NCBI GenBank assembly: GCA_964187785.1
Contig: OZ076409.1
Span: forward strand, 77,316,001-77,380,000
From: Amphiscolops sp. MND2022
Taxonomy: Eukaryota
Length of the DNA stretch: 64,000 bases
Reading direction: 5' to 3'
Below, piece after piece: positions 38,535 to 51,099 of this stretch. The stretch's first letter is position 1. Each line of letters opens with the position of its first letter. The notes under the pieces are model-generated. The model was given only the letters and a program-made list of their open reading frames with translations, had not been told where the DNA came from and did not search any database. A program made the translations under genes and the position numbers.

Positions 38535-39280
38535 TAGTCGGCGCCTTTTTCCTTAAGGAGAAAAGCCCGACTATTACAGTGGGTAGTTTTTTTTCTTTTT
38601 CAGCTTACAATCTCACTATGAATGGTCCATTTTTTACAATTTGTTCATCTGTTCTGTTGTTCATCTTCGACTAAATTTCTGAAACCGGAGAGCAGGGTTC
38701 CATTCTCGCACTAAACCATAACATTTTTATGCTTCTAAAAGTACAGCAGGTGAGACCAAAGGGTCCCAAATTGGGTTTTTTGGTACTCTGCGACTTTTTG
38801 CGAAAATTTTCGAATATCATCAAAGGGTCCCCCTTTGATTTTTTTGAAGTTTTCGGTTTGTAAAAAACGTTTAATGGGCCTAACTGACCTTTTTCTGGGT
38901 TTTTCGGCACTGTGCGACTTTAACCGAATACTTTTTAAAAAAAAATATATATTTTTTTTTCAAATGCTTCCAATAGTTGTTTTCGGCTTAGTGAGACTTT
39001 CTATCGCAAATTTTTCAAAGGGTCCCCCCTTCATTTTTTTTCTTTTTTTCCAAAGAATGAATGATCAAAAACTCCGAAATGCCCCCTTTTACATTTGTCG
39101 GCACTATGCTACTTACCGAGGACCAAACAAAATTCAAAAAAATTTTCGAAAAAAAAATTATTTTTTTTTCTATTTTTTCCTCACGTGGGTTTTGTAGAAG
39201 AGAATACCTGACACATTGAAGTCCTTTTGCTATTTTTGAGCCGTAGATATGGCGCCGACTTGGGCCGTTCCCGGCTTGTT
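38535..39280 (+). mobile_element. HINE/DINE-1-like family 1 copy inserted in LINE ORF2
   Basis: tagtcggcgc...cccgacta ... gcgccgact-tgggccgttcccggc-ttgtt; removing it restores the LINE codons PIFKKGDRND. Confidence 0.8.
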
Positions 39281-40518
39281 TGAAAATGGGTTGGTAGATC
39301 GAGATTGCCCACTCGGGTGGTACTTCAGTCGTTTCTAGTACTCGATTGAAAACTTAGTTATCACTTTTATTAAGGAGTCAGGATTATACTTAATAAACTC
39401 TAGATAAATATTATCGAGACCAGCTCACTTACCGTTCTTAATTGTTTTCATACCTTTATTCACCTCAATTTCTGTTAAGGCTTTGTTCAATTCATCATTT
39501 ACATATTTATCTGAATAACATATTTGAGAGCAGACATTCGAAAAATTGAGACTTTTAACGTGATTATACATTTTTGTAACTTCAATACGTATTCTTTCGT
39601 CTTTTGATCCAGTTTCTTGAATAAAGCCCAGTAGCGTTTAGAAATTTTAGACTGTTTCGTTCTCAAATTCGAATTTGTATCGACCATCCAATGTTTCTTT
39701 TTCTGTCTAAGAAGATACCTTTTTTCTCTGAAGGCTGCTTTTCTTTCCTTTTTATCGCTCCACTTGTTAGCCGCCCATCGTAGTAATTTTCGAAATTTTA
39801 TTAAATTTTGGTGGTACTTGTTCATCTTCGTCATTGATATCAATCCAGTCAACCAAATTGCCGGTACGGGCATTAAAGTCTCTCTTTAGTATCAGTTCAC
39901 TACTCGGGTTTTTGTGTTGTAGTATATTCTCTGATATTTTCTCAAAAGCCGAGCTATCCCAGTACCTTGAGTTTTCACAAAGCATAAAGTTTAAACCAGT
40001 CGAGTAATTTTTGGCATCCATTCTCATTTCAACCCACAGACCTAGACGGTTCTTTTTGTCCTTATGACTGACATATTGTTCTGCGGACTAACAGTGCCAG
40101 ACGTTTACGTCCCTTGAGACAAAGCTTATCCTGTCCCGTAAACGATTCGCGTTCTCCGAACTAATTACTGTCAAATGCGTTAGTGAGTGTTTCAGTCAGG
40201 CCTATTGCACATATGCTTTGACTATTTTTTGAATTTCTTTTAGTTTAATTTTCCTAAAAGTCCACGAACGTTTAGGAAAAGGAGTTTAATATTATTCTCT
40301 AGCTTCATAGTTAATGGCATTGCTTCTACTTGCTTTACATAGTTCGATTGCTACTTCTTTGATACTTCTTTTAACTTTTCATCTTTCCAGCCAAGTTTTG
40401 ATCGAATTTTATCAAGAGAATGTATTGTTCCTTGCAATTCTTCCTTCGTGTATTCAAGACGACATTCATTTGTGAAGACTCTGGAATCTTCTTTCTTCTG
40501 ATGATACAGCGCAGTAGA

Positions 40519-40522
<4 letters not shown>

Positions 40523-40560
<38 letters not shown>
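40523..40560. repeat. (CT)n microsatellite
   Basis: About 19 CT units within the LINE ORF1 region. Confidence 0.95.
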
Positions 40561-40565
<5 letters not shown>

Positions 40566-41576
40566 ACCAATTGCTCTTGCACATAAACTTTGTAATGGTT
40601 GCCAGAATGTTTGAGATGATGCTTGAATTTCAAGATATCATTTTCAAGGTTCGTCTGATGAATTTAGCAAAGATTGGTTTAGGTTCACCTCGCTTTCGGT
40701 TTCTCGTTTGCAGCCGATGACTGACAGAGACATCAGTGTAAGGAATATTTACGCCCATTGACATAGCAGTCTCCACTATTTTCTCAGTAGTGTTTTCTTC
40801 TTCATTCTCATGCAGTCCGAAGGATAGCAGACAGTCTCGCCTGTTGTACTGTTCGATTGTTTCCAACCGATATGCCGTCATTATATCCAATTTTGTTTGC
40901 GTTGTTTCATTTTGTTTTTCGGCCAATGTCTCTGGTGTGGGTGGGTGGTATTGATCTGTTTGCTGATGTAGGGCTTCTTGCACTTCCTAGTTAACGAGTT
41001 CAGCGAGATTCTCTTCAACTGAGTTCATGTCCTGTTCCATTTGTTTCTTGGTCTCAGCCAAGTCTATGACATTGTTCTGCGTGTCAGCCATATCCAATGT
41101 ATTTCGTTTCACAACGTTTTCCAGAGTAGCAACGTCTCCGTTTGTGTCCTTCTGAGTTTCTTGTAATTTGACAGCAGGTTGTGCAATCGTATTGAGTTCC
41201 GATTAGATCTTTTCATGTCTCCTTCCAATCACATCTTTTAGTCATTGATTTTTGAGAGGTTCGAAGCTATACATTCATTCACTTTTTTGAACTCTTCATT
41301 CATGTTCGTCAATGGTGCTTCATGAATTTTTTCACTAAGGATGGGGATCAAGGACTCTAGGAACTCATTTGCGGTCAAGTTTTCAGCTCATGTTGACGTG
41401 GGGTTCATGTTAGTAGAGACACTTCTATGCGATTTGGAAATTACTCCCGTACTTTTAGGGGTTGTTTGCGCGGAGTTTTAGCTACTCTGCGATTTTAGCA
41501 TCTTATCCGATATAGATCTCCCTTCCAGCAAGCCAGCAAAAAAATGATCTGCGAAGGCCAACCAGAAAGAGATGTT

Positions 41577-42190
41577 AATCGGTAAACCTACCTAATTGAA
41601 TGGTACTGCATGGCTCGTAGTTTCTTCTGAGAGGGCCGAGTCTTCGTTTTGGAACGGTTTTTTTGGTTAGTGTATTCAGATTTTCAGCGTGCAAGAGTAT
41701 GATATTCAGAGACTTCAGCTCGAGACGATGTTCCTCGTGGATTGCAGAGTATTTAGTTTGTGGAATACTGTCGTGTTGCTTTCGTTTGGATATCAGGTTT
41801 TTTCTGACACTTATAACCTGGATTTCTGTTTTCTCAAAATTTTTATAGACGTCTTGCGTTCCGAGACTGCGTCAGTAAACAACAGCTTGAATTCGTTGTT
41901 GTATTCTTTCAATAGTTTTACTAGTGCTTCAGTTGTTGAGACAGGTGTATCATTTTTCCAATGGGTTGAAAGTGTGTTGTTTACTAAATCATACCAAATT
42001 ACTAAACCACATATCCTCCAAGATTTACGTTTTTCAGAATATTTTCAGGGTTCTTTAGATGGTTTTTAGTCAAAGAGTTGACACTAAGTCCAGGTATCGC
42101 CGTAACACAGTTATAATAAAACTTTCTAACCTGGTACTGAACCGAGCTCACCGCTTTTGCGAGCGAACTTGCGCCGATCACATGTACCAT
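41577..42190 (-). pseudogene. Frameshifted ~190-aa ORF with SGNH/GDSL esterase-like motif order, probably TE-associated
   Basis: VHVIGASSL…AIPGLS…(frameshift)VIWYDLVNNTL…(frameshift)…KYSAIHEEHRLELK resembles SGNH blocks I, II, III and V; pattern recognition only. Confidence 0.4.
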
Positions 42191-42416
42191 GAATCAAGAA
42201 TACTGATACTGGAGATTTTGCCTTGTGGTCCAAGTTTCCAGGATTCTAAGGGATCTTTTCCACACTTTCGCCGAGGGTACCGTTGTTGTTAAGTCCACAA
42301 TCAATGGGCTGTCCAGTGTTCACATATACGTATATGAAAAAACACGTGATAAACCTATTAAATATTTTCTATTTAATAAGTTTATCACAACAATTAGGCA
42401 ATACAACAACAGAAAA

Positions 42417-42987
42417 TGAAGCAATGCATCTCCACCAGTTCCGTCCACACAAAGAAAAGACAATCAAAAACAAGTCGATACAAACTTTTGATGCTTCAGG
42501 AGAGATTTTAATACACAGGTTGCAGCACATAGCGACGGGGCTTAGCGACATTTAGGAAAAGATAAAGTTTGTGGAGTGATACAGTAGTGACAAATAACCA
42601 ATCTCAAAATCCTGCAAAAGACTCAACAGGAATTTGAGAGAAAGATCCAGTCGATTTATTTGCTGGTTCATACAATAGATTCCGCTCTACATAAATACTT
42701 TTGAAGCAATGCATCTCCACCAGTTCCGTCCACACAAAGAAAAGACAATCAAAAACAAGTCGATACAAACTTTTGATGCTTCAGGAGAGATTTTAATACA
42801 CAGGTTGCAGCACATAGCGACGGGGCTTAGCGACATTTAGGAATAGATAAAGTTTGTGGAGTGATACAGTAGTGACAAATAACCAATCTCAAAATCCTGC
42901 AAAAGACTCAACAGGAATTTGAGAGAAAGATCCAGTCGATTTATTTGCTGGTTCATACAATAGATTCCACTCTACATAAATACTTTT
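42417..42987. repeat. Tandem duplication, 2 x 285 bp
   Basis: tgaagcaatgcatctcc at 42417 and 42702; two substitutions noticed between the copies. Confidence 0.95.
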
Positions 42988-43986
42988 TAAATTATCTAAT
43001 TGAACAGTTTGCATGGCATAAAAGTTATCTTTGTGCAGATAGAATGATTTCTTCAGCATTATTCTGCTTTTTTGTTAGATATCATTACAAATGATTTCAA
43101 ATCTTGACCACGACCATGGCAGTAACTCGTCATAGAATAGTGACTGACCGTAATATCAACTTTTTGGTGATTGTCTTCCTCTTAATGGTTGTTTAAATCG
43201 TTTTGAGGTTTTTGATGGACGCTGAAAAAACCCATTTGGTTACATCTAGCAGAGAGAAACAACGCAGACATCAAACTAATGTTGGATATATGCGTCATTT
43301 CTGCAATTACGTATTAGTAACTTCTGCAGTTTCTTTCATGAGCGCAATTCAATTCAATTAGGGTATGTTCAAAATCAAGTCCAATTTAACGTTTTTAAAC
43401 GAAGTTCTCTAGTTCGAAAGTGTCAGAAAACGCTCGGGAATGCTTCTGAATAAGCAATTTTTTTGTAACCTGGTGGTTAACTCGCAGATGCTTCAACTCT
43501 GTTTTGGTTTCTATCACCTCTCTAACGGATACGACCATTTTATATTTGAGAAAACTTGGTGAAGAAAATATTTGAATCGAAACAAATACATTCTGACATT
43601 TTGTGAATAACAATGACCCACTTTATGGAGTTTGAAAAAAGACGAACTACATTGCTGAAATTAATATAAAATGACGTATCTCCTGGTGAAACTGTTCGAT
43701 GGAGAAATTACACAAACCACGATAGGAGACTTTTCAATTAGAACATTGATTGAATCGCATTCATCCTCTCATGGAAATAGAATATTGAGTGATACCCAGG
43801 TTTACAGGTCATGCCTTTCCATCCATGAGTAATTCATAATTCATTAGTACGTCATGCCGAGAATCATTCCACGACCATGGAAAGATATCCATGACTCATG
43901 GATGATCAAGGAAGAAAAGCTATGATGCCACCGATGATCATAAATGAAAATCCATGAATTTAAGAAAGTAAAGCCCTAAACATTAC

Positions 43987-44494
43987 TATTTTCCGACCCA
44001 CATTTTCAATGGGGAGGAAAATCATCATCTGTGTTGCGTTTTTATTTTCCGACCCACATTTTCAATGGGGAGGAAAATCATCATCTGTGTTGCGTTTTTA
44101 TTTTCCGACCCACATTTTCAATGGGGAGGAAAATCATCATCTGTGTTGCGTTTTTTTTTCCAAATTCTGCCAAATCTCCACGCTCCATCACTTGACTGAG
44201 TCAAGTAACTCAGTAGATGGTGAGTCAAGTAACTGTAGTCACTTGACTATTTAGTTACTTGACTATTTTAGTAGGAGGGGGAATAAGATCTAAAGTCAAA
44301 AAAGGGAATAAGATCCAAAGGGAATAAGATCTAAAATTTCAGGACGGGAATAAGGTCTAAAGGGAATAAGATCTAAAATCACTAAATTTTAGATCTCATT
44401 ATTTAGATCCTATTCCCCTCCCAAAATAGCTATGGCTCAAGTGATGAAGTCGAAAAGGGAGGAAAATATCCCGGTGCTTAGCGGGCGTCTTGTT
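43987..44494 (+). mobile_element. HINE/DINE-1-like family 2 element with a triplicated 56-bp 5' end
   Basis: 5' TATTTTCC...GGAAAAT stem repeated three times (period 56); internal GGGAATAAGATCTAAA repeats; 3' GGAAAATA, then CCCG...CGGG hairpin, then CGTCTTGTT. Confidence 0.7.
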
Positions 44495-45431
44495 TATTTT
44501 ATTTTGTGATAGTGATGTTCTTAAACAGCACTACAGCAGAAAAGTGGTGAACTGAAATTATAATTTAAACGTTTTGAAGTGAAAGACGATATGTTATTTC
44601 TAACCCAACTTTATTTTTTATAATGACAACATTATGAATCTGATTCAACAATTTAACGTCAAAAGACTTTTCGAAAATTTTATAGATTTGATAAATTGTT
44701 GTTGCCATGGGGCGTTCTTTCATGGATCTTGAGAAATGAATCATTGGTTCTCATCATAACAATGATCTTTGATGGTTATCCAAGATTCGAATGTAATGAA
44801 AATCACCAAGGATAATAAGCAATGATTTGAATTTAACAAAAATGCCAGGGATGAATAGCCAAAGTTTGAACATGGTGTCTTGAAAAAGCCATGATCATGA
44901 ATGAAAAGCCAAGAATGAGCCATCACTGTCAATCTGGGCACGTGTTCCTTGCAGTGTATCTGGAGCATGTAACAGTTAAGGTTTCTGCTCAATCGAGTAA
45001 GCGTTCTGAATAAACGGTCAATTGGTTAACCGAACAAAAGTAATCGCATAGAAAAATTCTTGCGACGAATCATTTATTCGAAATTCAACAGAATTTTCAT
45101 AAAACATTCCGCGAAATATTATCATGACCAACAATTGACTGAGAGTTTCCAAAATGTTGTGGGCACCAGCTGTGGGAGGCTTTATTTGTTCTTCAGTTTC
45201 ATTTTTAGACCAATGTAGAGAGCTTCCGTGTTCATACGTTGGGCTCCGGTCCAATTTTGGAGACCATTTCGAAACAATTACGATTTAATTTCACAGGGAA
45301 TGATCAAGACTGGGAAGGAAAATCAGGGCGGGACTTGCAGTTGTTGATGGTCAGTTTGATCACTGCTTCAATGTTGCACTGCATTTTTTCTGTTTCTTTG
45401 AAGCAATGCACCGGAAAAACTTGAAATGAGC

Positions 45432-47038
45432 TGTCGCAGGCTGCCGCATGTGACGGCGTTTATTATCAAATTACTCCAGAGAATGACCAAAGTAACCCTG
45501 GACTATGTGTACTACCTATATAAAACACGGAAACTCTAAATTTTATGCTATTTATTTCGTTTTTGGTATGAGTTCATGTAAATTAGATTAAAATGGCAAT
45601 TTGGTAATTATCTGCAGCAATATTTTAGTGCTTTGACATGAGGTCAATTTGACGGCATAACCATAATTGTTGTGGTTGTTCAATGTTTAATGGACCATTG
45701 ATGGGTTTATCTATAGCGCATAAAAAGTGAATTAGAATCAGGGAAACACAATTACTCTGTTGCTTTATAATCTTCAAAGTGCTAATCAAGTACGTAAAGA
45801 TTACAAAGAATTAGAAATTGAATGTGGTACTCAATACAAACAGGAAATGCGTTCAACTGGTACTTTGTTGCCGTCCAGTTGACGCACCGTCATCCGAATA
45901 TTAACCAATCACAGTGCTATTAGTTTGGTAATTCACTGCCGTCAAGCGGGCGCAAAGTCTATTTGCGCTCTCTTGTGCGACCAATTCACCATTGATGCAG
46001 TTTAGTTGACATGAAGTTATTGTTTTGATTGACATGATTACAAGCACAAACCATTGTTACAAGCATGTAATTTAGGTCATGAAGCTATTTCACTGTATCA
46101 TATATATTATCCACTCATATAAAGTTTGTTGCTTTTTTTAGCATTATTAGTAGATGATGTGATGATTAGGGTGATATTTGGTCTATTTTTAGTACGGGAT
46201 AATGTCAAACATGACGTAATTCCTAAATTTAGCCACATGACACCCACAATTATGCGTGTCATGGTCCCTTCAGTATACATATCAGGAGCTGTATGTAACC
46301 AGGATTATTCTTGTGATATTGATCAAACTGTAAACACAACGTTTCTTGTTAACTTGATTATTTGTTAAACCAAATTAAATTGACTGTTGATAAATTTACA
46401 TCTTGTAATGCCTTCTACAAGAAAGCAAAAGGCTAGAGAAAAGCGTGCGAGACAATCCGACGTAATGCCAGATGTAGAGAATCTTGATGTAAAGCTGGGA
46501 TCTAATTCCAGAAATGCACTAGCTGAACAAGAGAATAATAGTGAAATAGACTTGGACCTAGAGTCAGGCCGACAGCAGCAAAGTACTAGTCGTACTGATA
46601 ATAGTTTTAGGTCCCTTTTTAACACCAAAAGCGAAATTACCGCAGAGACTAATAGGATGATCATATCAGAAGTTTCATCCCAATTGTCAAGAAAACTTGA
46701 AGAAATGAAATCAGATCTAAATTCTCACATTGTAGAGGTAATCAACTCTGCAATTGAGGAGAAAATATTGCCAAGTATAGAAAACGCTGTAGCAAGCAAT
46801 GTGGCAGCTAAAAACACAAAACGGGACCTTCGGTCAGATGGACGGCATCCTGGTACTGCCGGTCAAGCAACTGAGAAACTAGATTCTCAGTCAGATAGAC
46901 AGTCTAAAAGCAAGTTTAACCAACAAACTCAGTGCTTCAGGGAACATTTCCCTAGGTTGATCGCAACTGGTAGTACCCACATCAACCACTACAGAGATAT
47001 CTCTGTAGATTCTGAAACTAACGATGACGGTTACGATA
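45432..47038 (+). repeat. 5' LTR (~1607 bp) of an LTR retrotransposon; PBS TGGTGACAGGAACC at 47039
   Basis: Begins TGTCGCAGG like the solo LTR; ends TACGATA (CA presumably mutated) directly before TGG; shares atgcg(c/t)gtcatg and gtgatatt blocks and the MPSTR ORF with the solo LTR. Confidence 0.7.
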
Positions 47039-48183
47039 TGGTGACAGGAACCAACCTTACCCACCATATGGTCCCAGAATTTCTGACCGGACGACCCATG
47101 CAATCCCTAAATAAAACTCTTCTCCCACATACTAGCAATGACGACACGCTAGATACAAATCTCCCAGCACAGCAAATACCAGTCCCCGCTACCAATAGGA
47201 ACAGGTCCTCCCAATCTCCAGTAGAACCCATTAAACGTCTTGCAGATGTAATCATGGGCATGAACAACAAATCATCAGCACGAACCCTAATGGTACCACC
47301 AGTCAAGTACTGCTACACTGACTTTCGATGGCATACCCGAAAACTTCAAACTGTTCGAGGATCTGTTTCACACGATAATAAAGATGCAACCGGACATGAC
47401 AGAAACAATGAAAATCAACCATTTTTGTTCGCTGTTGCGCAAAATTGCGCTACAGACCTTCCGTAAAATCAGTTCGACAATTGGACAAACACTGGAGGAT
47501 ATACTAGCAATGTTCCGCAGGAAGTACGTCGAACCTGAGTCTCGGGCGACAGCCAAACATAAATGGCATAAAATGGTATTCAATCCAAATACGATGAAAC
47601 TGCCTGATTTCCTCGAAGAACTCAATCAGGGCGCTGAAAAAGCCTTCGGATAGCACGCACAAGCAATGATTGACTGTTTGCTTCACGCAAACTGCCACCT
47701 AAACTGAAACCCTCAGTCAATATGGCAAGACTCGAGAATGCTACATATGAAGAGATTGTCACCCATCTCAAACGCGAATTCGAACTGAACGGACTTGAGG
47801 AAGGTGACGGCATTCCCGTTCTCACAATGTCCACAGCCCCGACAGCCACACGACCGTGTACCGGCCTCCTTTCATCAGGCATTGACCCAGGGACAACATG
47901 CAATTATTGTAAAAAACCTGGACATATGAAGGATGACTGTCGAAACCTCAAACGAAAGGATAAACAGAAACGCCATGAAGGCCAATCTACCAAAAAAAGT
48001 ATCCAAAGTGCCCGACTTGTGACTAAATGAACCACCTGGCGGAACGGTGTTGGAAAGGCGCTGGAGCCCACCTCAAGACAAAAACCTCGAAGTGGACACC
48101 ACCAAATCGGAGGAAGCTCCTTCAGTCATGAGAACTCCACCAACAAACCTACAGCATCCATTCTTAAAAATCCAAAAAACTAG
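46408..48183 (+). pseudogene. gag: Frameshifted gag (starts inside the LTR; zinc knuckle); no pol seen downstream
   Basis: MPSTRKQKAREKR… then …FRRKYVEPES…KHKWHKMVFNP…, then CNYCKKPGHMKDDC (CCHC) and a second broken knuckle. Confidence 0.85.
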
Positions 48184-49649
48184 AATCATCACGACTCCAT
48201 TTTAATGAAAAACTACGTGTCAGACAATAAATAAAATCCTACCTTTCTACTATCTATTACACTGAATATTACTCATCACTTAGGGAAAATTCATCGGCTG
48301 ACTGGCAGCAGCAGGTGAAAAACACTCCTACTACCTTACATGACTTGGACCTTCAGTCCAATCGACAGCACTGTAATACTACTACCATTCGGCCTCTACC
48401 TCTTATAGACAATTACAACCCCTACTATGCTGACCCAGATTTCGGTCTTGATCCTTATTGGGACATTCAAATCTAAAACCAACACCATCTACATTTCTAC
48501 AGCCATTTCACCAGAGATACTACAGAAATAGAAACTGATATACCTGAAATTGATCACAATTTGAATGCAATCTTATCCAAGGCTTTGGTCGACCCTTGGC
48601 AAAGCACTCAGGATGTCTTTCATTATGACAACCTATAGAGCAATCAATTCAGAAATCTCTCCTCAAATGTCTTTCCAAATTGTTTTACACATTTTGTGGA
48701 GCAAAAATTTAAACTAAGTGACTGTATTACGCACTTATGCAGTCCTACGGACTTTGACTAAATTACGTGATTTTCCACCACACATTTTGACTGAATTATA
48801 CCGTCTTACTTTAAATGTGGTATAAATTAGTCAAATAGTGTAGCACAGTAATTACGTGGTGTGAACTAGTCAAATAGTGTAGCACAGTAAAGACCGCAAA
48901 TGAATCTAAATGGCAAAAAGAGCAGCAAAACACGTGTAGATTTTCCCAGATTGAACTCAAATGACAGTAACTGAACTAATCACCCTAGAGAGAGTTCAAT
49001 TGATTCTTTTGAGAGTGATGATGATTACGACATAAAATCTCTGTCGGTTGGTTGGAGTTAATTTCTCCTGTTACTACATCCTTGATCTCATAGTCAAAAC
49101 AGGATGTTCATTTTTCTTAAAGGTCTCATAACGATACACATCCTGCAAAACGGACTTCAGTCACGCAGCGTAATCTGCGAATTCCGTAAAATGGTCATTC
49201 AGCGTACGTTGGTCAAGACATTCTACTCCTGGATGGTGTAGTTGTGTCAACGCGCATAATGGAAAATAATGTTAGCTAGTCAAATCGCGTAAGTGGTGAA
49301 AAGTGGAAGTTGGTCCAAAAATGCTTTTTTCTGTGGTTCAGCCAATTTTAACTAACTTCCAACTAATACAAGTATAGCGATCCCCAATTTGCAATAGGTG
49401 GAATGTGGTCAAAGTTTGACTAACCATCACCATTATTTTAAGCATTCAAAATCATTGCGAGACACATCCCGCTAACGAACTAACAAGATCCTGCACTTTC
49501 GTTACCGGGATTTGTCTCACAATGCTAGCCTTAGCTTATTGTCTCTCCGTTGAAGGAAATGAAAAGATTTTTCCGGACAATAAAATAAATCTTGATTCTT
49601 TCTAGTTTAACTCAAATGACCTATCAACGGTGACAAATATCAGAAGACA

Positions 49650-50215
49650 ATGGCAAACTATTGAGCGTAATTCAAGAAAAGAATGCCTAATTGGTTCGCG
49701 ACCTGGGTGTTCATACCCTATGTCGGATGACACTCAGGTGTAGTTATGTCATTATCTAAATAAAGCCTCTGTAATTATTATTGTGATGTCATCGCAAAAT
49801 CTAAAAATATCTACAACGGGACTACATGACCGTTTGTTTATACAAATTCAAATGGGTAATAAGAATATATGTGTATCAACATTTACATGCATGGCAGCGT
49901 CAATTATATTGTTTTTCATGTATTAATTATAGTCCGAAGGGCAAAATGTCGCACCGGTTTATTTCCTCATTGTCTCAGAGAAGCATAATAGTTTGTTAGG
50001 ACCAAAAGTTGAATGTTCAGTCGATATAGCATTGGTGTGCTACACGGATTAAAGTAACATCCCTTTAGTTCTTTTTATAAGATGGTAAGAGAGAGTGTAA
50101 CGCAAGTTGACTTCATAGGGAAGTTTTCGTTCAATGGGGATTGTTCCCGGGAGGTCCTTTTGATAGTTGTGAGAGACAGAGTAGAGTTTTCCGTCACAGG
50201 CGGCAGCCTGCGACA
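49650..50215 (-). mobile_element. Truncated LTR of the TGTCGCA family (duplicated copy ends at 54641)
   Basis: On - it starts TGTCGCAGGCTGCCGCCTGTGACGG like 45432, and the next ~90 bp align with 19540-19460; left boundary approximate. Confidence 0.6.
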
Positions 50216-51099
50216 GAGCTCTCAACTCTTTCAGAATTGACATAATATTCTTCAACTCCCGTTAGTTCATCATCACTTTCAACCAATGTTACCGTTTTAT
50301 TTCGTGTATGTTCGAAAGGCAGGCAAAATGTCATCGATTCCGTTGGTCGCACATTCGTTATCAGCATCAAAAACATCGATCCTTTCTTCTAATGGATTGT
50401 TTGCATTTTCCGGCGGAACTTGACCCTCGGCGATGAAACTTTCCTTGATCAACATTATCATTTTCTGCAAATAATTCGCTATGCAGATTCGTTGAAAACA
50501 GGAGCGATTATTTGAGCTTTTATTTCGACCCAGCTTCGCTATTATAAAATTAGATCAAATTTTAAATCATTCGGTCATTGCATTCAGTTGCCTGGAAAAA
50601 TGATTTTTTTTTCAATTTATGTACATTGAATTCGGATAACACAGGCATCCATGGGTTGCAGATCGATTTAGTGTTGCAAAAAATGAGATATTACATATTT
50701 AAAGTTTGGAATTTTGTGAGGATGTGCTGAACAATTGTTTTAAAAGCGTTTTCTTGTCTTTTGCAATTGAACTTTGCGTGAAGTAATTCGAATTAAATGA
50801 CCAAAATTGAAGCAGTCATTCATTCATTCTTGTTGGGGACGTTTTGAATGATGTCAGAAAACAAAGCAGTTTTTGTATTTTGTAAATTGACAGAAGTGGT
50901 AGTTTTTCTCTACTAGCCGATGATTCAACCGAAATTGATTTTATTTCTTTTGAACGCTTTCTACCCGAGAACTTTTGACCATTAACAACATGTGGGCAAT
51001 TTGGTAACAGTTCCCTAATAAGAGCAGTTTTGTCAACAATGAAGATACTCTATATTGGGTATTTCTCTCGTGTTTACGATTCATTCCTTCAGTATATAC

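Larger units (their letters stand above)
36715..41550 (-). mobile_element. Decayed non-LTR retrotransposon (LINE; ORF1 plus APE-RT ORF2 with C-terminal CCHC), CR1/L2-group-like; clade not resolved
   Basis: ORF1: EQYNRRDCLLSFGLHE…DVSVSHRL…PIFAKF (40630-40983). APE: LFLNVRGL (about 40270), IGLTET, DFNARTG. RT: PIFKKGDRND, FIDYEKAFDRVDH, GVRQG, LLYVDHTVL. C-terminus: CPFC…DEYHLLLVC. Ends approximate. Confidence 0.9.
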
